Source: Minisyncoccota bacterium (GTDB lineage Bacteria > Patescibacteriota > Minisyncoccia > Phycocordibacterales > Phycocordibacteraceae). From it: a DNA stretch of 64,000 bases. Both the position numbers and the translations under genes were made by a program. The notes under the pieces were generated by a model. It ran no database searches, was not told the origin of the DNA, and saw only the letters and a program-made list of their open reading frames with translations. Position 1 is the stretch's first letter, and each line of letters starts with the position of its first letter. This document shows positions 8,033-16,515 of the stretch, piece after piece. The DNA is taken from NCBI GenBank assembly GCA_041664265.1, contig JBAYLD010000004.1, positions 33,470 to 97,469 on the forward strand, given 5' to 3'.

Positions 8033-10909
8033 TTACGGTGTGGTGGTGTGACGCGTGTCCATCCCCGCGAGAGGCACGGTGACATAGAAGGTTGTACCGT
8101 TTTGCTCCGCAGAATCTCTTGAGGCACCGAACGCTCGCGGCGACGGCGACTCGCACCATATCCGTCCGTGGTATTGGTCGACGGCCGCCTTTGCTATATA
8201 GAGCCCCAGACCGGTGCCCTTCACCTTGTCGTCAGTTTGGACCCGGAACAGTTTTTCGAATATTTTTTTCTGCTGATCTTTTGGTATGCCGTTGCCGGTG
8301 TCGGATACCGCGATCAGGGCGTCGCGCCCCTTCTTCTTGATCTCGATGAGGAGGGTACCTCGATCGGGGCTGTATTTTATAGCATTGGAGATCAGGTTCT
8401 CAAGAATAATCTCCATGAGCCGCCGGTCGATCTCAATGTCGGGGATATCCTCGTAGAGCTTTTTGACCCGGATTTCTTTTTCTTTCAGGGCAATACCCAC
8501 ATCTTCTAGCATCTTGTCCGAGAACTTTGTCAGGTTCACCGGCTCGAGGTTGATAACCAGCGTCCCCATCTGGATCCTCGAGATGTTCAACAAGGTCTCG
8601 ATGATGTCGGTCATATCCTTGATTCCTTTAAAGGCTATTTTCAGGTACTTCTTCTGTTCTCTAGTCAGCAGATCGTTCACATGGTGGAGTAGCATGTCGA
8701 TAGAGAGGCTAATACTCGTCAGGGGCGTCCGCAGCTGGTGGGAGGCGAAGGAGATGAATTCATTTTTTGCCTTATCAACTTCTCGCTCATGCGTGATATC
8801 TCTCCATGCGACAACCGCTCCCATGACTTCGCCATCGACGACAAAGGGCGCGGCGCTGATCGAGAGAGGGACCTTGCGCCTATCCTTTTTATTGACGAGG
8901 TGGAATGTGGTGGCGGTCGATATCGGCAAGGTCTTCTGCACTTCTGGATCGAGCGCGAGATAGATGGGCCGCTTCTCTTTTGGCACCCGCTGCCCCCGGT
9001 CATCGAAAAACGGAATCGATTCATCCAAATCCCGATGCAGGATTTCTTTTGCATCCATCCCGCACAATTTTTCGAGTGCGCTGTTTATGTATATTATTTT
9101 TCCCGACATGTCGGTCACGAGGATACCGTCAGCGATACTCAAGAGGAGCGCATCATCGCGCGCCTTCCCCTCGGCCATGCGATCTGCATATTCTTGTACC
9201 TGGTGTTCGGATTCTTTTTGTTTGCTGATGTCCCTGACGATCGAGGTATAAAACCGTTCCCGTCCGAACTTCCACGAAGACGAAGACACCTCCATCGGGA
9301 ATTCTTCGCCGTTCTTCCGCAGGCCGCGCATCTCGAGCGGCCCGCTCTCTTTGGCCAGCGGGGCGTCTTTCCCAGCCGCTTGGTTTTCTACCCCCAGGAC
9401 GAACGGCTTGCCTAGAACCTCCTTTTCGTCATACCCAAAAATGCGTTTCGCACTTTTATTCCAATATACGACGCGCCCCGCGCTATCGAACGTAATGAGC
9501 GCGTTTCGTATCGAGTCCGCCACCGAACGGAATTTTTGCTCATTTTCCTTCAACTCGCTCAGGGCTCGCTGGTTCTGGAGGGCGAGCGAAGCCATGTGCC
9601 CGAACGCGCTCGCGATCCGCTTGTCGTCCTCGGTAAAGCCGCCCGGCTTGCTCACGAATGCGAAAAATCCTGCAGGGAGGCCGTTGAGCAGTATCGGCAC
9701 GAGGAGGGCGCTCTGTATGACAATGCGGTTCCGGAACGGGTTGGCGCCCTGGTTCTCTAGGGTGAAGAAGAAATCGTTGTCGAGCACCGTTTTCCCTGTC
9801 CTGCACATTTTTTTCATGGCGCTTTTCATGGGGGCGGATTGTGTCACGTCGGCAACGCATTTCTGCAGCAAGGAATCGCAATACACGATTTCTGCCTGCT
9901 CATCTTCTCTGCCCTGCAAAACGGCGTAGCAGGATTCTGCGCCGATAGTTTTTTTGCACGCGTCGGCTATCGCTTCTGCCGAGTCTTTAAACTCGGTGTG
10001 CTTCAGAGCTTCTTGCGCGCTTCGGGAGAGGGAAGCCGTCTCTGATTCGTGCATCTCAGAATCTTCGAGAGCCTCCTGCAGATCCTCTTCTTTCTCCTTA
10101 ACGCTTTGGAGCAGTTGCTTATACGGATCCTTGAAGCTGATCGTCGCTACCGCCTGATAGAAGAAATAAAAAGAGACAACGCCCAGGGAATTCCCGATCA
10201 GATTAGAGAGATCATTCGCGCCCGCATACCACACGAAGAAGGCGGCCGAGGCGATACCGGTCGCCACCGATGAACACAAGAGATAGAATATTTTCTTCTC
10301 AAAGGCGGGGCGTCTCCATATCAAGAGCAGCAGCGAGAGAAGAAGTGCGAGGGAGACGGTGATGCCGCTCGCCCGGGTAAACGCGGTCTGCCCAACACCT
10401 TCGATATAGGAGACCGGAAATGCGTTCCAATAAAATATCGAGAACAACAAGAGGAACGTGGCGATCGCATAGGCGAGCAAGACCATGTCCACTTTTATCC
10501 TTTTGCCGATGAAGAACGGGGCCGCAACAAACGCGCTCGCCTGGAGATATTGCGTGGCGACCCAGAGCTGGGTCGCCACGTTGGTCTCGGTACTTTCGGA
10601 AGAGACGTTCATGCCTCCATAGGACAACAAATGGAGCAAGCTGGTGAAGGCGGTCGCGATAACTGAAATGCCGATAAACAGCACGTACTCGTTATTCAAA
10701 TAATCTCGGGCATTCAGAGTGATGACGAAGATGAGCACCATCAGCACGATACCGGAGAGCTCGGTCAAGTTGTGGAGCGAGAGGCGGTTATCAAGGCCGA
10801 CCAAGTAGAGCACCGCGAGCGCCAGCGCGCCGACGGCGGTATAGCGGTAGATGTCCGCAGGTATCGCTCTGGCTTGGAGAAGCACCTGTTCTCGGATGCT
10901 CAATAGCAT
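8033..10909 (-). CDS. Membrane sensor histidine kinase (MASE3-like TM region, GAF, two PAS, HisKA, HATPase)
   Basis: About 8 TM segments; SHQLRTPL H-box, NLISNAIKY, DTGNGI, GTGLGL. Confidence 0.92.
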   Translation of the reverse strand: MLLSIREQVLLQARAIPADIYRYTAVGALALAVLYLVGLDNRLSLHNLTELSGIVLMVLIFVITLNARDYLNNEYVLFIGISVIATAFTSLLHLLSYGGMNVSSESTETNVATQLWVATQYLQASAFVAAPFFIGKRIKVDMVLLAYAIATFLLLFSIFYWNAFPVSYIEGVGQTAFTRASGITVSLALLLSLLLLIWRRPAFEKKIFYLLCSSVATGIASAAFFVWYAGANDLSNLIGNSLGVVSFYFFYQAVATISFKDPYKQLLQSVKEKEEDLQEALEDSEMHESETASLSRSAQEALKHTEFKDSAEAIADACKKTIGAESCYAVLQGREDEQAEIVYCDSLLQKCVADVTQSAPMKSAMKKMCRTGKTVLDNDFFFTLENQGANPFRNRIVIQSALLVPILLNGLPAGFFAFVSKPGGFTEDDKRIASAFGHMASLALQNQRALSELKENEQKFRSVADSIRNALITFDSAGRVVYWNKSAKRIFGYDEKEVLGKPFVLGVENQAAGKDAPLAKESGPLEMRGLRKNGEEFPMEVSSSSWKFGRERFYTSIVRDISKQKESEHQVQEYADRMAEGKARDDALLLSIADGILVTDMSGKIIYINSALEKLCGMDAKEILHRDLDESIPFFDDRGQRVPKEKRPIYLALDPEVQKTLPISTATTFHLVNKKDRRKVPLSISAAPFVVDGEVMGAVVAWRDITHEREVDKAKNEFISFASHQLRTPLTSISLSIDMLLHHVNDLLTREQKKYLKIAFKGIKDMTDIIETLLNISRIQMGTLVINLEPVNLTKFSDKMLEDVGIALKEKEIRVKKLYEDIPDIEIDRRLMEIILENLISNAIKYSPDRGTLLIEIKKKGRDALIAVSDTGNGIPKDQQKKIFEKLFRVQTDDKVKGTGLGLYIAKAAVDQYHGRIWCESPSPRAFGASRDSAEQNGTTFYVTVPLAGMDTRHTTTP

Positions 10910-10963
10910 GTCGTCATTATGGATTCTCTGCAGGGAAACAGCAAATTATTTTAGCACCCATTT

Positions 10964-10997
10964 CTTAATGAAAGGTTAATAAGAGTTCCTCTATTAT
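10964..10997 (+). promoter_or_regulatory. Tandem-heptamer box plus -10 upstream of the large surface protein gene
   Basis: CTTAATG-aaag-GTTAATA, 10 nt, TATTAT. Confidence 0.55.
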
Positions 10998-11055
10998 CTG
11001 CCCAGTCAGTTGTGCGGGCGATTAAGATTAAAAATAAACATTAGAATCAACTATT

Positions 11056-14000
11056 ATGAAAAAGATATATATAACCACGCTCTCGATTGTGACGGCGCTA
11101 TCGCTGTCGCTCTCGCTCGTGCCTGCGGGCATCGCCCACGCGGCGTTGCAAGCAGTTTCCAGAGATGCTCTTGGGGCCGTATCAGTAAGCACGGCTACTG
11201 GATTCCCGGTCTGGTATCAAGACGTCACCGGAACTGCCTTGCAGCAGTGTCTCGGCCTTAACGCCGATGGAACGGGCGCGGCAGATCCGAAATGTATTTT
11301 GCCTACCGCGAATCCTATTCCGGACATTAACGCCAATCCAGCAGGGTTCCCCGACGAATCGTTCTATTCTTTCGCCGAGGCACCCTTGACCATTAACGGG
11401 AATGCCGGACGTTTCCGCTTGCTTACAGAAGCGGCTTTCGTGAATCTTATTCCCGTTAACGGCGAGCAGCTCACTTTTACTCGAGCTAGCTTGTTTACAA
11501 GTCAGCAAGGAGCATTCCCGGCGAACTCAACCTTCCATGTTGAATACCCATTCGGCGCATTCGACTTTTCGACTGATGCGCTCGGGGACTTTGTCTCCAT
11601 TCCTGGCTCAGGTCCATTCGGTGCAAACGCTAAAGAAATGCGCGCAGAAGACGGTCCTGGTGCTGCGGGTGACTTCGTGACACTCTTAGCGGGAGCCAAC
11701 ACGGGTATCACGACCTTCCTCAGATCAACGACAGCCCCTGTGGGTTATCTTGGTGACGCGGTTACCGAGACTCCGGTGACCGGTGGTACGAATGGCAATA
11801 TTGTCACCATCACTCAAACAGCTGGCGTCGGACCGTTCGTAGTTACGGGCGGTACCAATTGGGTAGTCGCCGGAAAGATCGCGGTGATAGATACCATCGC
11901 TCCGGTGATTACTGCAGCTCCGATGTCCGCAGCGCTCGGCACCGCGAACGCGGTTGCCAGCGTCGGCATTACCGACAACTTGTTTGTCGGCAGTGCAACT
12001 ATCGATCTCGGTGCATTGAGCAACAACTTCTCTGCCACCTTGAACGGCGCACAAGAAGTGCCCGCGACAGTTTCAGGAGCAACAGGATCAGGAACGTTTA
12101 CCATCGACACGGCAGCCAATACCTTGTCGTTCAACATCACGTCAAACGTAACGGGTGTTACGGGTATGCACATCCACGGTTCTGATATTCCTCCAAACGG
12201 AGCGGCAGGCCAAAATGCCGCAATCGCTTTTGACCTCGGCACGGCACTTCCAGCAGTAGGGACGTGGACCTATCCGGAAGCGATGGAGGCCGAGATCTTG
12301 GCGGGCAGGACGTATGTCAACATTCACACGACCTTGTTCCCCAACGGAATAATCCGCGGGCAGATCCTGCCTACGACAGATATCCAGCCTCTCACATTGA
12401 CCGCTGGCGTTAACACCAACGGTACCTGGGGTGTCGTTCTTCCTGCCTTAAACAGGTTGGGCACATTCAACTTGCCTATTGCCGTATCTGATGGCAGCAA
12501 CACGGCAACAAGCAATCTGGTTCTGACCGTCAACACGCTCGCGAGCGTGAGTGTCGCTCCGGCGACCGCGACGATTGTCGGCGCGGGAACCCAGCAGCTC
12601 ACGGCTTCGCCTTTGGACAACAACGGCACAGCCTTTGTCGGTGCGACCGTCACCTGGGCTTCAAACAACACTGCAGTCGCCACGGTTGACGCGAACGGTC
12701 TCGTGACCGGTGTCTTGAGCCAGACTCCCGGCACCGCGACCATCACCGCCACGGCAGTGAGCGGCGCGACAAGCGTTACCGGTTCGTCGGTCATATCGGT
12801 GTCTCCAGGGCTTCCGGTCTTGACGGGAGTCGCTGTGACCCCGAGTCCGGCTTCGATAGTGGTGAACGCGGCGGCCCCAGCGGGTACGACCTTACAGCTC
12901 TCGGCAGCCCCGGTAGACCAGTTCGGCGTGCCGTTTGTCGGCACGACGGTTACGTGGGCATCGAGCGACTCGCTCGTCGCCACTGTTGACGCGAACGGAT
13001 TGGTCACCTCGGTTATCCCGGGCGTCGCAACTATCACCGCGACCGCTTCAGACGGGGCACTTGTCCCGACGGTAGTCACCGGGACCTCAGTGGTAACGAT
13101 CACCACAGCACCGCAGGTGTTTACCTCGGTGAGCGTTACTCCGGCGACCGCAACGATAACCTCTGGCACGCAACAATTGACGGCCACAGGGATTGATCAG
13201 TTCGGTGGACCAATGGCGACACAGCCAGCGTTCACCTGGGCTTCGAGCAATCCTGCAGTCGCGACAGTTGATGCGACGGGCCTGGTTACTGCGGTTGGAG
13301 CTGGTTCCGCTACGATTACCGCAACCAGCGGTGCGTTGAACGGCACCTCGGTCATTACCGTTACAGCAGTCACGACCACGGACACGATTACTCCCGCGAC
13401 AGCTTCAGTTGTTCTTAACGCGACCACGCAGTTATCTGCTTCAACCCTCGATCAATTCGGCGCGGTTATTACTCCTGCTCCGGCGATTGTCTGGACATCG
13501 AGCAATCCGCTCGTTGCCACGGTTGATGCTAACGGCTTGGTCACGGGCGTTGCGCTCGGCACTGCTAATATCAACGCGGCCTCAGGCGCGCTCATCAGCG
13601 CCTCGGCGACAGTCACCGTCGTGGCCGTCCCGCAGGTGTTGACCAGCGTTGCGGTTACGCCGGCTACGGCCTCGATCATTACCGGCGCGACTCAGCAGTT
13701 CACTGCATCGGCGTTGGATCAATTCGGCTCGCCGATGATCCCTCAGCCGGTGTTCACCTGGACGTCGAGCGATGCAGCAATCGCGACGGTCAATGCCTCT
13801 GGCATGGCAACGGGTGTGATCCCGGGCGCGGTGACTATCACCGCGACCAACGGCGCATTCTCTGGGACGGCAGCTCTTACTGTCACGTTGTCTCCGGCAG
13901 TCCTCACGAGCGTTTCGGTCACTCCTGCCACGGCCTCGGTCTTGGTCGGTGCGACACAACAGCTCACAGCGGCACTCTTGGATCAGCGGAACGATCCGTT

Positions 14001-15180
14001 CACGAGCGTTGCGTCGACTACCTGGGTTTCGAGCAATCCGCTCATCGCCACGGTTGACGCGAACGGCTTGGTAACGGGTGTTGCCGTCGGTACGGCCACC
14101 ATCACGGCGACGAATGGCGCGGTGAGTGGTCAAGTGGCAGTGACGGTTCCTTCGGTGCTTCTCGCAGCGGAGATCCAGGCTACGATCGGTGGCGGCGGTG
14201 GCGGCATCTTCACGCTCCCCGCACTCACGCCGGCAACATCGACTCCTTCGGTGACGCTTGCTCTTCCGCTTAAGATCGATATGCCTTCTTCGGATGGAAC
14301 CAGCACCAGCACGGTGTCCATGCCTTCAGGCACGGTGATCACCAAGGTGGACGGCACCAATCTTGACGCCACGACGCTGTCGGCGAGCGCTGCCGCGGCG
14401 GCCTCCTTGTCGAACTTGGGCGATGTCGTCGTCAACGGTTCGGTCCAGTGGGGCATCCCGAATATCGGTTTGCAATTCAGCCAGCCGATCAGCTTGAGCA
14501 TCTTTGTCGGTACCGGCCTAAACGGCCAGGTGGTTGACATACGGCGCTCGGTAGACGGCACGTCCGACTGGACGAGCGACGGCATCGTGACGGCCACGTC
14601 AACGGTCGCCAACGGCTTCGCCAACTTCCAGGCGACGAAGGCTTCGTTCTTCGCAGCAACGACTCCGGCGCCCGCACCAGCCCCAGCTAGCTCGGGCGGC
14701 GGTGGACGTCGCGGCGGCGGAGGTTCGATCTCGTTTGCCTCCCCGACAGCTTCTTCTCCTATCGCGCAGGCAACTCCGACAGCCCCCGCACAAGGCCAGG
14801 TGCTCGGTGCAGCAGTCTTCATCTTCACCAAGAACCTCTCGGTTGGTATGCACGAAGCAGAGGTGACCGAGCTCCAGAAGTTCCTCATCGATAACGGCTT
14901 CTCGATTCCTGCAGGCGCGACCGGCTTCTTCGGCGCGCAGACAAAAGCGGCGGTCATCAAGTTCCAAAAGGATCACGGTGTGATCCAGACCGGATTCTTC
15001 GGCCCCTTGACTCGGGGTGAGGCCAATCGCGGCAGGGGATCTGGCTCATCGGGTTCGTCCGGCTCCGGGCGGAGCTCCGGCCTGAGCTCTGCACAAGTCG
15101 ATTCCATCATCGCGGTGCTCCAATCCTTCGGTGCGGATCAATCGACGGTCACCCAGGTTCGCCTGGCGCTCGGGAAATAA
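11056..15180 (+). CDS. Large secreted surface protein: CHRD domain, tandem Ig-like (Big_2) repeats, peptidoglycan-binding domain
   Basis: Signal peptide; LNGAQEVP..HIH..YVNIHT..FPNGIIRGQ (CHRD); six repeats of W.S.....ATV...G; VTELQKFL..TGFFG.QTKAAVIKFQ. Confidence 0.88.
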   Translation: MKKIYITTLSIVTALSLSLSLVPAGIAHAALQAVSRDALGAVSVSTATGFPVWYQDVTGTALQQCLGLNADGTGAADPKCILPTANPIPDINANPAGFPDESFYSFAEAPLTINGNAGRFRLLTEAAFVNLIPVNGEQLTFTRASLFTSQQGAFPANSTFHVEYPFGAFDFSTDALGDFVSIPGSGPFGANAKEMRAEDGPGAAGDFVTLLAGANTGITTFLRSTTAPVGYLGDAVTETPVTGGTNGNIVTITQTAGVGPFVVTGGTNWVVAGKIAVIDTIAPVITAAPMSAALGTANAVASVGITDNLFVGSATIDLGALSNNFSATLNGAQEVPATVSGATGSGTFTIDTAANTLSFNITSNVTGVTGMHIHGSDIPPNGAAGQNAAIAFDLGTALPAVGTWTYPEAMEAEILAGRTYVNIHTTLFPNGIIRGQILPTTDIQPLTLTAGVNTNGTWGVVLPALNRLGTFNLPIAVSDGSNTATSNLVLTVNTLASVSVAPATATIVGAGTQQLTASPLDNNGTAFVGATVTWASNNTAVATVDANGLVTGVLSQTPGTATITATAVSGATSVTGSSVISVSPGLPVLTGVAVTPSPASIVVNAAAPAGTTLQLSAAPVDQFGVPFVGTTVTWASSDSLVATVDANGLVTSVIPGVATITATASDGALVPTVVTGTSVVTITTAPQVFTSVSVTPATATITSGTQQLTATGIDQFGGPMATQPAFTWASSNPAVATVDATGLVTAVGAGSATITATSGALNGTSVITVTAVTTTDTITPATASVVLNATTQLSASTLDQFGAVITPAPAIVWTSSNPLVATVDANGLVTGVALGTANINAASGALISASATVTVVAVPQVLTSVAVTPATASIITGATQQFTASALDQFGSPMIPQPVFTWTSSDAAIATVNASGMATGVIPGAVTITATNGAFSGTAALTVTLSPAVLTSVSVTPATASVLVGATQQLTAALLDQRNDPFTSVASTTWVSSNPLIATVDANGLVTGVAVGTATITATNGAVSGQVAVTVPSVLLAAEIQATIGGGGGGIFTLPALTPATSTPSVTLALPLKIDMPSSDGTSTSTVSMPSGTVITKVDGTNLDATTLSASAAAAASLSNLGDVVVNGSVQWGIPNIGLQFSQPISLSIFVGTGLNGQVVDIRRSVDGTSDWTSDGIVTATSTVANGFANFQATKASFFAATTPAPAPAPASSGGGGRRGGGGSISFASPTASSPIAQATPTAPAQGQVLGAAVFIFTKNLSVGMHEAEVTELQKFLIDNGFSIPAGATGFFGAQTKAAVIKFQKDHGVIQTGFFGPLTRGEANRGRGSGSSGSSGSGRSSGLSSAQVDSIIAVLQSFGADQSTVTQVRLALGK

Positions 15181-15200
15181 AATAAAAAAACACATCCCGT

Positions 15201-15233
15201 ACGAACAACCCCGCTTCAGGCGGGGTTGTTCGT
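15201..15233. terminator. Hairpin terminator
   Basis: ACGAACAACCCCGC-ttcag-GCGGGGTTGTTCGT. Confidence 0.8.
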
Positions 15234-15250
15234 GATATCGTTATGAGTAC

Positions 15251-16228
15251 ATGCGCAAGCCGATCCTGCATCATCTCCACGACTACTTCTTCCCGCATCC
15301 GCGCAACAATCACTGTCCGCATCTCTTCAGTACCGCATCCCTCGCGGTGCTCGCGATCGCGATTGTCATCTTTGAAGCAGGGTATCTGGTGCAGACAAAG
15401 ATCGTCTTCTTAAGGACCGACTTCCTCGCGTCAGTCTTGCCGGGGGCGCTCGTCGCGCTTACCAACCAAGATCGCGCGACGCTCGGCGTGGCGGGCGTTG
15501 CCGAGGATCCGCTCTTGAATAAGGCGGCCGCGGCGGCCGCGGCCGACATGGCGGCCAATGGATACTTCGCGCATGTCTCGCCTGGGGGTAAGGAGCCATG
15601 GTACTGGCTCGACTCCGTGGGCTATCGGTATTCCTATGCGGGGCAGAATCTCGCCGTGAACTTCACCGACTCTGAGAATGTCGAGACGGCGTGGATGGCG
15701 TCGCCGACGCATCGCGCGAACATCGAGAAGCCGCAGTATACGCGGGTTGGTATCGGCACGGCACATGGCGTGTACGAGGGGAGAGAGACGACTTTTGTCG
15801 TCGCCTTTTTCGCGACTCCCGCGTCAGCAGAGGCACACGTTGCCTCTGTGGAGGTTAAACCTCCACAAAATATCTCCACGAACGTGAGGGACGTTAGTCG
15901 TCCCTTAGCGACTACGTCCGTCCAGGTGCTCGGTACTGAGATCGTAGATACTGACGCAGGAAGTGCGGCAGTAGATGCTGACTCGGTGCCGCCAAAGGCG
16001 CCGCCGAGCCGGCTCGCTCGTATGCTCGCGTCGCCCTCTACAATGCTTCAGGTGATACTCACCGCCCTTTTTGCTCTCGTTGCGGTTTCGTTTATCGTCG
16101 TTATGTTTGTGCGGGGGAAGGATCACCACCCGCGCGTGGCTCTCGGCGCGGCGCTCCTCTGTCTGCTCATCTCTGGCGCGCTTATCGTGAGCGCCTTGGC
16201 CGCCGGACCCGTGTTACTCCTCGTTTAA
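15251..16228 (+). CDS. CAP/SCP domain membrane protein
   Basis: LTNQDR, GYFAHVSP, YAGQNLA, WMASPTHRANI; TM segments at both ends. Confidence 0.9.
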   Translation: MRKPILHHLHDYFFPHPRNNHCPHLFSTASLAVLAIAIVIFEAGYLVQTKIVFLRTDFLASVLPGALVALTNQDRATLGVAGVAEDPLLNKAAAAAAADMAANGYFAHVSPGGKEPWYWLDSVGYRYSYAGQNLAVNFTDSENVETAWMASPTHRANIEKPQYTRVGIGTAHGVYEGRETTFVVAFFATPASAEAHVASVEVKPPQNISTNVRDVSRPLATTSVQVLGTEIVDTDAGSAAVDADSVPPKAPPSRLARMLASPSTMLQVILTALFALVAVSFIVVMFVRGKDHHPRVALGAALLCLLISGALIVSALAAGPVLLLV

Positions 16229-16238
16229 AACGCCCATG

Positions 16239-16294
16239 TTAGGACATCCGATGTCCTAAATTCAAAATGCATGTTGGGACATCGGATGTCCGAA
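16239..16294. repeat. REP-like family C doublet (GGACATCSGATGTCC)
   Basis: TTAGGACATCCGATGTCCTAA and TTGGGACATCGGATGTCCGAA; same pair recurs at 46916-46960. Confidence 0.85.
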
Positions 16295-16297
16295 ATG

Positions 16298-16390
16298 CTA
16301 GAACCCGCCGGTAACGAGGCCAGGCAAGAGCGTCCCGATTAGGGCGAGGGCGAGCAGCACGACGACGATGATGGCAAATGCGCGTTTCAT
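16298..16390 (-). CDS. 30-aa single-TM small protein
   Basis: MKRAFAIIVVVLLALALIGTLLPGLVTGGF; TGGTATGAT extended -10 just upstream of ATG. Confidence 0.6.
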   Translation of the reverse strand: MKRAFAIIVVVLLALALIGTLLPGLVTGGF

Positions 16391-16433
16391 CGCCCGATCA
16401 TACCAAATCATTTTTGCTCCCACAATGCGTTTC

Positions 16434-16458
16434 TTGATGGACACTCCGTGTCCATCAA
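16434..16458. repeat. REP-like palindrome
   Basis: TTGATGGACAC-tcc-GTGTCCATCAA. Confidence 0.7.
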
Positions 16459-16515
16459 ATTAATGAAGTGTTCATAAAGCATTTGTTGCGCTTGCAGGGG
16501 CGGTATAGTGGAGCC

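Noticed and set aside
12530-14150. DGR template/variable repeats or mobile repeats in the large surface gene
   Set aside because: Repeats are ordinary Ig-like domain duplications with synonymous divergence; no reverse transcriptase in the window.
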